A stretch of 62,320 nt of DNA, filler included, from Rhabdomonas costata (Eukaryota): NCBI GenBank assembly GCA_019059605.1. It is 25 parts of 25 records of this genome, joined end to end, with 100 filler letters (N's around TTAATTAATTAA, not from the genome) between each part and the next. Parts side by side here need not be neighbours in the genome. Positions count along the whole stretch, not along the records: positions 49,949 to 52,346 come from JAHMHO010003630.1; positions 52,447 to 54,841 come from JAHMHO010003631.1; positions 54,942 to 57,334 come from JAHMHO010003632.1; positions 57,435 to 59,829 come from JAHMHO010003633.1; positions 59,930 to 62,320 come from JAHMHO010003634.1; 20 more parts are not named here. One strand, given 5' to 3'. Within the stretch, counting starts at the first letter, position 1, and the number at the start of each line of letters is the position of its first letter. Made by a program: the position numbers and the translations under genes. Below are positions 50,483 through 62,320 of this stretch, in pieces. The notes below the pieces were generated by a model that saw only the letters and a program-made list of their open reading frames with translations, was not told where the DNA came from and searched no databases.

Positions 50483-51622
50483 GAACTGACGGGAAGAGCA
50501 TCTGCGGGAACTTCCTTCTGGAGGCCGGGGAGCAGTGCGACGACGGCAACGTTGAGAATGGTGATGGGTGCAGCAGGCTCTGCCAGTGGGAGGGCAGCGC
50601 GGGCACCGGGCACTGCGCCTGCCCCTCCGTCTTCACGGTGGACTACAGCCTGGACGTGCTGCTGCGGCCCACCCCCCCGCAGCCCACCATGAGCCTGCAC
50701 AGCAACGGCAGCGGGTTCTATGTGGAGGTGAGCTACCCGTACATCGCGGGCGGGGTGTACATCACGGGCAGCGAGCAGACCACGATGGCGCTGGGCACAC
50801 TGCCCTCGGTGCTGCCCTCCTCGGCGGTGAAGATGCCCCTGGGTTCCGCGGGGACGCCCTTCACCACCACCACGACCACCCCGCAGACGGTGTGCACCAA
50901 CCTCAACGCGTTTGCCGTGGTGGCCTCCCCGCCGTGGGCGCAGGCCGTGCAGCCCATGGGCTGTGGGTACAGCCTGACCCTTCCGGTGGACCCCTTCGGC
51001 AACCTCAGCGCCGCCGTGGAGCTCAGTCCGCGTCCTGGGCCCACCACATGGCCCTCTCCCCGCAGTCCGAGGGTACGGTTGTTCAACTGCGGGATGGCAG
51101 CTACCAGGTGGCGATGCAGATTGTCGTGACGACGGAGGGCTCGGTGTTCAGCCCCGCCGCTGGCGCTGCGNTCGCATGGCCCTCTCCCCGCAGTCCGAGG
51201 GTACGGTTGTTCAACTGCGGGATGGCAGCTACCAGGTGGCGATGCAGATTGTCGTGACGACGGAGGGCTCGGTGTTCAGCCCCGCCGCTGGCGTTGCGAG
51301 CCCCAGCTCCCCCTCCGGCTCTTCCACCACCACCACCACCACAGGCACCACCACGTCCTCGGGCTCCGGGTCTTCCTGGGTGATTCCGCTGGGGGCTTCG
51401 CTGGGAGCGGTAGCGGGGCTTGGGCTTATCGCGGTGGGGGTCCTGCTTGTGGTTCGCCGCGGGCGAGGTGGGCTGCGAAGGCGGTACCGGCAGGGCAGCG
51501 CCTACTCGACGGCCCCGCTGGGGGAGCCATCGTCGTTCGCTGGGGTTCCCTTCCCCCAGGCCACGGCGAAGCCCAGTGTGGATGGATCTCATGAGCAATC
51601 TGCGGAAGGAGCGACGGTTTAA
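50483..51622 (+). CDS. Type-I membrane protein C-terminus with Myxococcus-type Cys-rich repeat (DUF4215-like), S/T stalk and TM helix; frame broken near the assembly duplication
   Basis: CGNFLLEAGEQCDDGNVENGDGCSRLCQWE; later SSTTTTTTGTTT, WVIPLGASLGAVAGLGLIAVGVLLVV-RRGR, stop TAA at 51620-51622. Confidence 0.75.
51047..51293. repeat. ~119-bp exact duplication (51047-51165 / 51175-51293) around a single N; unmerged overlap artefact
   Basis: Identical copies separated by ctgcg-n-tcg. Confidence 0.85.
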
Positions 51623-52726
51623 GAACAAGCAATCTAAGACTCCCATGCAAACACGCACACATGCACACACCCGTTGGATGTCGTCTTCGGCAGTTTTGCG
51701 CTTCTTTTGGATCCCACAGAGGGAAACCCACCGACCTGTCCACACACACGAACTTGCATGCACACTACTCATCTGTTTGCGGGGTAGTGTGGTAGTGGGG
51801 CGCCAACTAGGTTGAAATTCTCTTTCTTCTCTGGTCCATGAAGACCGAAAAGACTTTGAAAAGGCCCCAACCGCCCGAACGGTGCACTCAAGAAAAGGCC
51901 TCGAAAAGGCCTCAAAATGGCCTTTTGAAGGCCCCTATGGCTGCATACGGAAGGCTTCTGCCCCACTCCGGTGCCAGCAGGAGGTTCTCCCGGGCTCACT
52001 GTTGAGTAGGCCAGGCAGGGCGGGCCGAAAGGTTAGGCTCGGTGTGTAAGCCTGCAAAAGTTCAACAAAAAAGGGCCCACTCAAAAAAGGTGCAAAATGG
52101 ACCCTTGAGCAGATGTCACTGCCAGACGTAGAGATGCAACTCAACTCACAACCCACCCACCAAGTATGAGCCTCCTCTGTCCCGTCTAGCTCAAGGAATG
52201 ATACCCGTGCCACCGGTCTGGCTCAGGTCAGGAGGATAGATCGATCCAGCTGGTAGCCCCCAACATCGCGCACAGACAACAAATTACACCTACGGACACA
52301 TGCATTCTGGTCTCTGTGCCTTTCGATTGTGGTGCAAACACCTCACNNNNNNNNNNNNNNNNNNNNNNNNNNNNNNNNNNNNNNNNNNNNTTAATTAATT
52401 AANNNNNNNNNNNNNNNNNNNNNNNNNNNNNNNNNNNNNNNNNNNNGGCTTGGGCTGTGTCTTTCGCGGCTTCTTGTGGAGCTGATGGGGTACGTTTTGC
52501 TTGCCCGTCATCTGTGCTGCGTACTTGGTGCTTTTTACTCTTAGGTTTGGTTTGGGTGGTTATCTGAGCTTATCGGTAACCACCACGATTGTGTCGTGTT
52601 GAGGACAAAGCGCTATTTCTCTCGTTTTCTTTCCGTAAAAAAGAACCGCTTCGGAGGCAAAGAGTTGTAGCTTTGCTACAGATCGGCCCGCAGACAGTTC
52701 TGGTCTTCCTTTTATCCCTCCTTCAG

Positions 52727-54585
52727 GGGCACCCTCACCCTCAGCAGTGAGCTGGACGTCGGCACCGCGGTCACTTTTACGATTCCCGCGGGCTCCCCCA
52801 CCACGGGCACCTCTTCGTCCTGCCCCGTGCCCGTGCTCCCCCTGCTGCACACCGACGTGCACAGCCGGATGTCCCGCGCCCCCCTCACCGGCCGTACGCA
52901 TCGGGGAGCCCATCCGCCCGCCTCTGCGTCTGTGGGCAGCTCCTCGTCCACGACGACGCGCAGCTGGCTTCCCACGTTGAGCCTTCTCAGCGCCCCGTCG
53001 CACGACAGCCGTAGCAGCAGCAGCAGCATCGGAAACACCACCACCTCGAGCAAAAGGCGTCGGCGGGCCTGGTCGGCTTCCGTGCCAGGGGAGCTCTCTG
53101 AGAGATCGCAGCGAGAGCCATCTATAACAGAACTTCCTGTGGTGGCGAGGTTCTCGGAGTTGCATCCCCACCTGACTGACCTGGCGCTGAGCCAGAATGG
53201 CAGCCAGGCGTGCCTGCTGGACAGTCCGCTGGTGAGCGAAGGTTTGGCTGCGCTTTATAATCCTAACCCTGCTCGTTTCGTAACCGTAACCCTAATCCTG
53301 TTTGTTTTATTACGCGGCGTTCACAACCGTTTGCACATGATTGGAAGTGTGGTCAGTGCATTCCTTGTTTGCGGTTGCGGGACTACAGCTCTTTCCATCT
53401 GACCTCACTATAATAAGTCCAGAAATCGGCCGCTGAAGTTGTTTGGAAGGTGCCGATGCAATTGAGATAAATTCCTATTTTTGCACGGGGGCTCCGTGTA
53501 CAATGCCACAAAAAGTCCTAAAATTGCCCATAATGTCTACCGTGGCTTACTTAAAACATTGTCGGACAAAACGGGAGCCTTGGTACACAGACCGGCAAAA
53601 CTCGAAAAGTGCACCCCAGACCACCAGACCCCCGTGCCACTCTACCGGGTCGGGCCTATTGGGAGTGGGGTGCGGGTATAACGCCCTTAAACTGTATAAC
53701 GCTGTTTACAGTATAAGGCTATTATTTTATTTCATATACCACGCCACGACCTCATTGTGCCGTTTTTCAGTATAACGGCGTTATACCGTTTCATTCTCCC
53801 CACACCCCACCCAAACAATAGACCGGATCGGTCGCCTCCAAGACTGCTCCTACCACCAATACTGACCAACGTGAAAGGCAACGTAATGGCGAAAAGTCGT
53901 CTTTCATGTACCATGTACCGTCCCATGGCCGTAATAAGGCATTTTCGTCATGACGCCTCGCGATGGGCGCGACCGTGGCGCTGACCAAAGCTGTCCATTC
54001 GTTCACCTTTACCGAGCAATGTCCCAGCCACCCTCCGCAAAGCTTCCTTGTTTTATGTGGGTGTTGGCGTGGGGATTGGGCTCAGCTTCTCGCTCGGTGG
54101 AAGACCTGGGGGCCCAGCCTCTCCCCGGGGCAGTGGCGCCGTGGGCCCACCGCGGGGGAGCCCCGGGGTTGCATCGCGCTGCTCACTCCCCTTCCTTTGA
54201 GGTGGCTGTGAATCTGGAACCGGCGGAGGAGGGCAGTGGGGTTCTGGGCACCGCGATTTCGCCCACCCTCAGCGCCGTCGCAAGTCTGGCCGCTATGAGC
54301 CGGTGCGATGCCTTCCATATGCCCTTTGGTTCCAGTGTCCCCTTTGACCTTTTCCCTTATTTAGTGGAAATGCAGGGGCGCAGGCAAGTAACGAGGTCAT
54401 TCACTTCTCTGGTCTTCCCTCCATGGGTCATTCGCGTTCAATGCATTTCACATCAACCAGCTCTGATTTTGTGTTTCTTTTGCACTGCTACTGCAGGCAT
54501 CTTCGCTCATCACGACGATGAGGGCTGGGTCTTTTTCCCCTCGGAAAAGCTCTTAGGCAACAGCTGGGACCTCAGTGGGATTCAG
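52727..54585 (+). CDS. Probable hybrid histidine kinase: end of HATPase_c domain, long S/T/P linker, possibly approaching a receiver domain; exons 52727-53241, 54086-54302, (54376-54383), 54497-54585
   Basis: GGTLTLSSELDVGTAVTFTIP fits the GG.I.V.S..G.GT.F.F.LP end of HATPase_c; DLSGIQ(V) resembles the L.G..VL.VDD receiver start. Confidence 0.6.
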
Positions 54586-54711
54586 GTGAAGCGTGTTGAT
54601 GACCACGGTTCCTCGTGGTGAAAGGCAGGGCTCCAGGCTGCGTGAAGATCTCCTCCAGAGTCCGAAACTCCCCAGATTCTTGCCGTAGGCCAGGTTGATG
54701 GCTGGTGTTGA

Positions 54712-54836
54712 GTGGTCGTGTTTGAAACTCCATTTGTGCTGCCAGACCCGGAGCAGTAACCACGGTGTAGATGTATTGTATTAAGGTTTTGACGCTCCGG
54801 GTCTGGCAGCACAAATGGAGTTTCAAACACGACCAC
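54712..54836. repeat. 43-bp inverted repeat at contig end (54712-54754 / 54794-54836)
   Basis: gtggtcgtgtttgaaactcc...ccggagc versus gctccgg...aaacacgaccac. Confidence 0.88.
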
Positions 54837-55391
54837 CCAACNNNNNNNNNNNNNNNNNNNNNNNNNNNNNNNNNNNNNNNNNNNNTTAATTAATTAANNN
54901 NNNNNNNNNNNNNNNNNNNNNNNNNNNNNNNNNNNNNNNNNGGTGGTGGTGGTCAGAAAGCAAGCGACTGGCGAATCAGCGGGGGTTGTGGGCCGCAGTA
55001 GGAGCTGGAATGAAGCAAGGGCCGAGTGCAGCCAAAGAGTACTCAATGTGGAATTGCAATGCAGCTTGCAGCGCAAACAGCATCGTCCCAAATTAAAAAG
55101 GACCACGCTACCAAATGAGCCGGTCTCAAAGCCATTAATTCAAATCCGACTTTAACCACATCCACGATCAATTTTCTTGCAGTGTATAAGAGGTCTCAAC
55201 TTTAATACACAGAAGCAGACGGCACACAATGCAAGCGTTGCAAGGTTAACTGGGTGCCTTATTCAGTGCACAACAACAAGTCACCTTGGATACCTCCAAC
55301 CAACCTGTCCGCAGCAAAGAAAAGCAATCGAAGCCTAAAGGGAGAGACAATTATAGAGGATATTAGAGAAATCCCTCCAAGCGGTCAGGAC

Positions 55392-55728
55392 CTGAGCCTA
55401 GAGTCGAAGATCCAGCATCCAGCGCCAGCTGGCTTGTCTCCGCCATCAGAAGCTGCATGTAGGTCGCCACATGACCCTGCACCGTGGCGCAGGCAAGCTC
55501 GCGGTACTTCACAGAGATGTAGTCCATCGAGCTGAGGCTCCATTTCAGGGTCAGCCAGTAGCTCAGAACACCCACCAGCACCAGCGAAACAGACGATATG
55601 AGAACCATGAACAGCCAGACGGGAAGCTGAAACCGCTTTCCGCGGCAGCAGGGAGGGGGCCCACATGGGCATAACGATTTCCGAGCGGTGAGTTCTGGGA
55701 AGTGGACCTGCTCAAGGGAGCGCTTCAT
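55392..55728 (-). CDS. First exon of a membrane sensor-like protein (TM plus helical extracellular start)
   Basis: KRFQLPVWLFMVLISSVSLVLVGVLSYWLT then amphipathic helix SMDYISVKYRELACATVQGHVATYM, an architecture like Cache receptors. Confidence 0.45.
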
Positions 55729-58679
55729 TACGGCAGAGAAGAGAGGGGGAACGCTCGGCGGTTGACGCAGACCTTGACATCCACCCTCCCTTTGACGAAA
55801 CTAATTTTTCTGCTGAACGTGGTGATGTTCGTTGAAGGGACTCTGGCCTGCTATTATCAATACCGCGACCAGAACAGCAGAACTGACAGCAGAATAGGAC
55901 TGCGATGCTGAACAGCCCAGGGAACGTGCACTGAAAGGGTGTATACCACTTGCACGCCATTGCGAATTTACTGACATAGAGCTGTTGTTCTCAATTGAAC
56001 CGCAAGGTAACAGTCTAAACACTGAGGTAGTGCCGGCAGCCTGCAACAGGATAACAAATTAGAACAAGGGTTTTTAGCCTTTCAAGGATGGGCGGACGTC
56101 AAGCGTAGCGACGCCGCGGGCCTGCTTGCGGACTGCGAGATCAAGGCACCCCAAAATGAATTTCAAGGCAGGTGCAATGCGTGCACCTGCACAACGCAAA
56201 CAGAGCCAAGGAGTCACGGAGTCACAGCCAGAGCGAAAATCATTCAAATGCTGCTGGAGAAAGGATTGCTAGGAGAGCACACTAGGCAAGTTAGACAGCG
56301 GGTGTTGAAGGCCTCCTGGGGTGACAGACGAACATAACGCCTGCCAATACTTCAAAAAAAGGCGCGACGAGATACTTTCAAGTAATTGGCTACAATTTCC
56401 ATCTTACACATGAAAGCGAGGGTAAACGGGTTAGAGACAAAAATTCAATGTTAGGATAGATTAGCATAGGGAAAGGAAGGGCAGGTCAGAGCTTGCGCTC
56501 TCCTTATTTTCCACCCTCTGAATCTACTCTGACAGAAGAGTAGGATCCTGCAAACTCACTGGAACAAGGTCGGCGGGCGGCGACCGTGCATGCAGAGGTG
56601 AAAGGCGGCTTCTTTTTGTTGAGATGGATAGTCTTCATTCCAACAGAAGAGTGGATGCGACAAGAAACATAGACATACACATGAATGGCGTGCGGGGGTA
56701 TGCTGCACACGAGGTGCGTTGGTCAAGAAAGACACTTCCCTTCACAGTTCCACGAAGGGGAGAACCAGCCCCCCGGGGAACCTCTCCATTAACGCCCGCA
56801 CAGCCGCAGTGGCCTCAGCGGAAGACGCAGCCTCCCGACTCCTTCGTGGGGCAAAGCTTCCCGAGCTCTGAAGCCCAGACTGCGCCAGCACATTTCCTGA
56901 CTCCATCAAATCTGTGGAAAGGCTCTGTCCAATCTTGTGCACGGGGCCTGCGGATGCCGCGGTAGCCCCGCCAGCGGCCACGGCTGCGGCGATCCGACGG
57001 CACTCCTGGACGTACCGCTGAAAGGCGTCAACGGAGGCGATGCTCTGTGGGTCGTCGGTGGACAGCTTGGGCGGAGATAGCGATTCCGATGGAACCTAAG
57101 GTGAAATAAGCACACGCGTAAGTACAGAGGGCAGTGATAAGCGTTTAGCAATTACATTGAGGTCACGCAAGGGCGATGAACGGTTCCCCGCAGATGGCAA
57201 AAAGGATTCGATTAGTTTATGTGCGAAGGCCAGCGCCGCGGCGGCCGGAGCGGGCGGATGGGTTGGGACGTTGCGTGGGATGGGCGATGCTCCGTTCAGC
57301 ACTAATAAACGTTTACTGGTGCTAAACGTCCAACNNNNNNNNNNNNNNNNNNNNNNNNNNNNNNNNNNNNNNNNNNNNTTAATTAATTAANNNNNNNNNN
57401 NNNNNNNNNNNNNNNNNNNNNNNNNNNNNNNNNNTTGTTTTTGTCTCCTCCCCTATTAACATTCTTCAGACGAACATAACAGGCAGGTAGCCCTTTGGAT
57501 TTCAGTCCCTCCTTAGTTCCCTCCCCCTTCCGCACCTTTTTGTCTTAAGAGTTGGGCATTGGGCACCCACCCCGATAACCCTTCCTTGATTCCTCGGAGG
57601 GGGTATGCATTGCTGCTGCCCCCACTGCATTTTTCGAACTGTAGAAATGTGCGTGATCCCAATTTTGCCGGTTTGGTCTTCCGCTTTACTTGTGTACGGA
57701 GAGAAAGGGGGAACCGACGGTGGAAACGAATCCAATTGTGGCAGGCTTCAGGACACCGTTAACCTTATCAAGAGATTGGGAGTTCTTGCCTTGCAGTGGA
57801 ACCATGGAAGCGTTTGTGAGATCGGCTGCCACGCCTAGTTTATCCGAGCCAAGGCCCACGCATTCACGAGACTGCGGTTTAGTGCCCTAAGTGCTCTTAA
57901 GCACCTGTTGTTCGTTGCCACCGCGGGATCTTGCCGCGTGCCTGTCCAACTCTTCTTCTTGGACATATTTTGCTTTTCAATGTTTCAATGTTTTTCATCA
58001 AAAAAAAACATGCTAACATGACACCGTCTTCTGGATGTAATTACAGCAACGGGGTGATGATGATAACCGAGGTGGCAATGTGCTTTTGCAGTTTTCCGCT
58101 TACACGTGGTATGCGGTGGAAGTAAACCAGTGTGCAAGAAAAAACATCAGTGCTGTTGCTTAAAAACATGAGTGGTGTGGGCAGTGGCATTCATGTAAGG
58201 TTGAACCTACGGGTGTATTGGCAGTGAATGTGAGTCAATGTTTTATTACTTTGTGCGCGAATTATTGAGGTCTGTATGGCAGAGGCAAACGCATCGGCTT
58301 TGGCCTCTTAATCTGCTGAGGCTACTTGCGAATCCAACGCAAGACATCGTCTGGTGTTGTGCCTGGAATCAACGCGGTATTCAATTAGTGCCACTGTGAT
58401 TATCCTCTTGCGTTAGTGGAGCGTTAGTGGACCTGTAGGCTCAGGAACGAGCGGTTTAAATGGTACTGATTCCGTTAGTGATGATACTGGTTGCGCATTA
58501 GGTACGTGATTGCAGGCAACTCAGGGTGTTGGTCTGTAACATGTGGTGTAGAGACGGACGAAGAGACGAAGAGAGAAGGTAAAGACAATGAGACATACCT
58601 GAATGTTTTTCAAACCTTGCTTCGAAACTTTAACACATCACTGGACTCTTATACTCTGTATTAGTATAACTGCTCCGTG

Positions 58680-59600
58680 TAGGCAGCATCTGGTACATCA
58701 ACAAAGATAAAAGGATTGAATCCTTTGTTCATATAGTAGGGACTAAATTTCATGTTTGCGATTGGAGCGTTGTTAATGGCCATTTCCCCTAAAGGTATGA
58801 ACCCATGAACACTGGAGGTCTTAGTTTCTGAGGTATTCAAATGACTTGATTTAGTGTCTGATCATTCATTTCAGCTTGTCCGTTAGTCCGTTGTTGGTGC
58901 GGGGTTGAATCTTACATTTTGATGCCTGCCAAAAGGTGCGCATAAAATGCTGATCCATGTCGCATACTACACTTTGCTGTATCCCATGGTCCTTGAAAAC
59001 GGCATCCAAAACCTGGGTTGATGTCAGAGGAGCGATTTGGATCAGATGAACCATTTTTGTTCGCCTGTGCGTGACTGTCAGGATCTTGTCAAAGACCATA
59101 TGGTTGCCATGGATTTAAAACTCGTCCACAATTGTCCAGTCTATTGATACAGACAGCAATTTTATTTTAAGGATCTTCACAGAATTCCAGTAGACTGCGC
59201 GGTAGATGGTGCTCTGCATTGCAAAGTTTACACATTATAGAAAGTTTGAAATATCCGAATACGCGTCGCTTATGTGGTGAAAGGTGTATCAACGTTTGAT
59301 TATTGCTTCGTTCCGGTGAAATCCCCAATGTACAGCTGCATGGAAATATTAGTACTTTTGAATAAATTCAGCAATTCTGAACGCTTGACGAGTTACGAGT
59401 GACAATACGACAGTATTTCCACATGCGTTATAACCGGTTGAATGCTCTGTCAATCATTAGTCCGAGGGTGTTAGTATAAAAGTACTTGGATCTGACATTG
59501 GGTAGTCAAGGCATTTGTTGCTCCAGTCTTCTGCTGGATGCAAATGGATTGGCACGCAGAGAGTATCATCAAAGTAGATTGGCGTTTAGTTGATTCATTG
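58680..59600 (-). mobile_element. Decayed Ty3/gypsy LTR-retrotransposon pol (integrase) relic
   Basis: DKILTVTHRRTKMVHLI...VFKDHGIQQSVVCDMDQHFMRTFWQ and EMAINNAP...FSPYYMNKGFNP mirror the gypsy integrase core; many stops and frameshifts. Confidence 0.75.
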
Positions 59601-60569
59601 GAGATGTAAGATCAAGATGAACGTAGCCATCGCCGATTTGCGCGCTACTCACCACGAAGAAATTACTGAATAGGACGCAATCGGGACATCTATCAATACA
59701 GAGACAGAAGGAACTCATGTCAAGACAAACACGCCTCATTAGGATCTTCAAAATAACCTAGTGGTACCACCGCAGGATAGTACTTATAACTACTGTGGCA
59801 AGTTTGGGCACTTCATCAGAAAATGTCCCNNNNNNNNNNNNNNNNNNNNNNNNNNNNNNNNNNNNNNNNNNNNTTAATTAATTAANNNNNNNNNNNNNNN
59901 NNNNNNNNNNNNNNNNNNNNNNNNNNNNNGCGAATGGTTGTTACATCTGGAAGTGTGTTAATCTCAGTGTGGGCTTGACATTTCCTACCTGCCGAAAAAG
60001 AACGAACGAAATACTGCCAGTGTGCACTAGAAAATGCCGTTGGTATACCAGATTTTTGGTTTCGAGGAGTTTTGCAAACATGAATATCCGGGGATCTCTT
60101 TTACCACCTGTAGTTGAGGACACCTGGATGGCACAGAAGGAAGAAGGAATGTCTGCAACTATCAGTCGGAGACAAAGTACAACAACCCCAGACTTTGTTT
60201 TTCCATCTTCAGGAGCTGGCGGGCCTTAACAAGCCGCTAGATGCATAATAGATGCGTAATGTAGTTTGGATAGATGCTCCTTCTGAGGAGATGAAAGCGT
60301 GTTCGCAGTTGCGTTTCTGTTGGTGTCGATTGCTCCAAATAATCACCGCTATCGTGTATTTCTGGTGCTTCCGCGCCAAATCCATTGCGTTGGCCTTCTA
60401 TTTTCTTGGTTGACCACTCCGGTGGAAGTTTAACTACCAAAGCTTTGCTCTTTCCGGAAGGCTAGAGGGCTCAGTTTTCAAACACAGCCGCATCTTGCAG
60501 CTGCAGGAAAGTTGGGGAGATAATTTTGTGATATAAAGACCACTAAAAAGGGTTATAAATTAAAATAGA

Positions 60570-61103
60570 GCAGGTTACACCGTAAAGTAAGAACTTACGG
60601 TCTGGCTGTAAGAACAGAATAACCAACGCCGAAAAAGACCACCGCTTTAAAGTTGCCGTGAAAAATTCATATTTTACTTTTGGTGTGTTAATCTCTTTGA
60701 AGGCAATGGAACAAGGCACTGGCATTCAATTTGTTCAAGAAACTCTGAAGAAGAGATTGCAAATCCTACGACAGGCAGTCACTGAGTGCTGCGCTGACCT
60801 TTAAGATGGTTATGTTTTGCACCTTTGGTCTTTTTTCGTTAACCAGGCTACACCGACAAGATTTCCAGTTGAGATACAGGTTTTCGTCAAAGCCCGAAAA
60901 TTTCCAATCCAAAGCCCCGAAATGGGTCGAAAACGAGTGGCAGAGTGCACGCTGTCACTTCCACCACTGCCACCAAAAAACATTCGTTGCGCACTATCGC
61001 AAAGCAGGTTACATCGCAAAGTAAGAACTGACGTGTTGGCGGTAAAAACAGAATACCCAACGCCGATAAAGGCCACCGTTTGAAAGTCACCGTGAAAAAC
61101 TTC
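60570..61103. repeat. Diverged ~100-bp direct repeat (60570-60668 / 61004-61103)
   Basis: gcaggttaca..aaagtaagaact....aacagaata.ccaacgccga.aaag.ccaccg.tt.aaagt..ccgtgaaaaa shared by both copies. Confidence 0.75.
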
Positions 61104-61817
61104 TTTTTCTTTTGGAGTGTTGCTTTCTTTATGTAAATTGATTTATGAAGAAATCAACACACGCACCTATTTTGGAAAACCAAATTGTTTTGTGAATTGA
61201 CCATGTGGTTCCACTTCTATATCGTTTTTTTTCGTAACCACCAACTGGTGCCTACAGGACCAAAGGGCATAAACCAATCAACAGCACAGTATCAAAAAGG
61301 TGAAGCTCTGGCACTGAAATGGCAGCGCCCTTCCCACCACAACCCGGTGGGCCGTGATCCTTTTCCCATGCGTGCTTGGCATTTCACATGGTGGCCCATT
61401 GTGCGGAACCGGCTTATTACATCCCTTTTTACTGCTTGCATTGTGCATCACAGCGGCTCCAACCAGTGGCGACGCTTCGGGGGATTTTAAACCGATTTGT
61501 TGCCGACGATGATTGAAACCAGAAGCGGGCCGGATTACCGGGGGGAACAGACAACACGATAGCCGTTTACGAGCCGTGTTCGTGATGCCGGCCAAAAAAG
61601 GCGTTGAAGGAAAGAACAGGGGGCATATTCACATAGCCGGGCCGGCCTTCCCTTCTGATCTACCAACGGTTCAGAGTTTTCTCTTCTTCGATTCTTCTTC
61701 GATGGCCAGAAAAAGATTTGTGACTTTCTTTTTCATTATACCGCGCGGTTTGTGTACGTTTATTTTTTTGGCCCTTAAAATAGCACGGACCAAACCAATG
61801 GTTGCTATGCGCCGCCT

Positions 61818-62320
61818 ATGGAGAGCAGTCACGATGACCGCGTCGAGGCGGTCGAGCTTTACTTCCGAGGCACCGTTGCGGCACGACATGCTTACGCCGG
61901 AAGCTTGGCCGGAGATCAGCGCCTGAACGCTGCACCCTTCCGAGATGGGGGGGACACTTTGAGGGGCGAGGGCGCGTGGGCCAAAAGTGTCACAGTGGAA
62001 CCCGCGGTTGTCTCTCAGGTACTTGTCAGCTAGGACTGGAACACACGAGCTACTGCGCATGATGTCTTGCGGCAATTGCCGGGTTGTTTCCCTATAAACT
62101 GCAACTGCTGCAACGCCTCAAGCGAGGGGACAAAGCCAAGAGGCTGCGGTTTTGCAAACGGGCTCTACCCAAGTGGCGTACTGCAGGGTTTCGAAACCTG
62201 CTCATGACCGAAAAGGCCCAGTTCCGTCTTTACGGCAGCGTGAACAAACAAAACTGCCGCATATGGGGCACATAAAGCCGCCGTTTTGGAGCAGGAACGC
62301 AGACACCCTCAGTGGCTGTG
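61818..62320 (+). mobile_element. Tc1/mariner-superfamily transposase pseudogene (HTH plus start of catalytic domain)
   Basis: DRVEAVELYF; FPYKLQLLQRLKRGDKAKRLRFC...LLMTEKAQFRLYGSVNKQNCRIWG matches the PYK.Q..Q.L...D...R..FC...SDEA.F.L.G.VNKQN.R.W family; stops at 62031 and 62273; first catalytic D replaced. Confidence 0.85.

Noticed and set aside
51020-51293. Programmed frameshift or true tandem duplication in the Cys-rich protein
   Set aside because: Exact copies flank a lone N and a primer-like cccaccac precedes them, indicating a scaffolding or amplification artefact.
2401-59929. Regularly spaced TTAATTAATTAA as a repeat array or CRISPR-like structure
   Set aside because: It is always embedded in N44 padding; this is an assembly concatenation linker.
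107-62275. Most short overlapping ORFs in the supplied track
   Set aside because: They are shadow or antisense frames of GC-rich exons or intron read-through; real genes here need splicing.

Overview
This is not a contiguous locus. It is 25 unrelated ~2.4-kb contigs joined by 24 artificial 100-nt linkers (N44-TTAATTAATTAA-N44), so adjacency across linkers has no meaning and ORF-track entries running into X are artefacts. The DNA is from an intron-rich eukaryote with short exons and GT-AG plus some GC-AG introns. A euglenid/euglenozoan-like flagellate is my inference from gene content. G/T-only contig starts, A/C-only ends and terminal fold-backs point to whole-genome amplification. Splicing by hand gives partial genes for a dynein heavy chain, hybrid-cluster protein, class-III aminotransferase, NOP58, two paralogous LamG proteins, an IRE1-like kinase, Cache/HAMP sensors, a degenerate class-III cyclase, a histidine kinase, glycosyltransferases, a Pho80-type cyclin and a tandem-NYN protein. 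There are also Merlin-like, Ty3/gypsy, Tc1/mariner and possibly hAT relics. The most notable signal is a spliced BLUF domain plus photoactivated-adenylyl-cyclase (PAC)-type linker at 33025-34854, split across ORFs in the track. It keeps the Tyr/Asn/Gln core but replaces several other conserved BLUF residues. All family calls come from motif recognition by eye; no searches were run.
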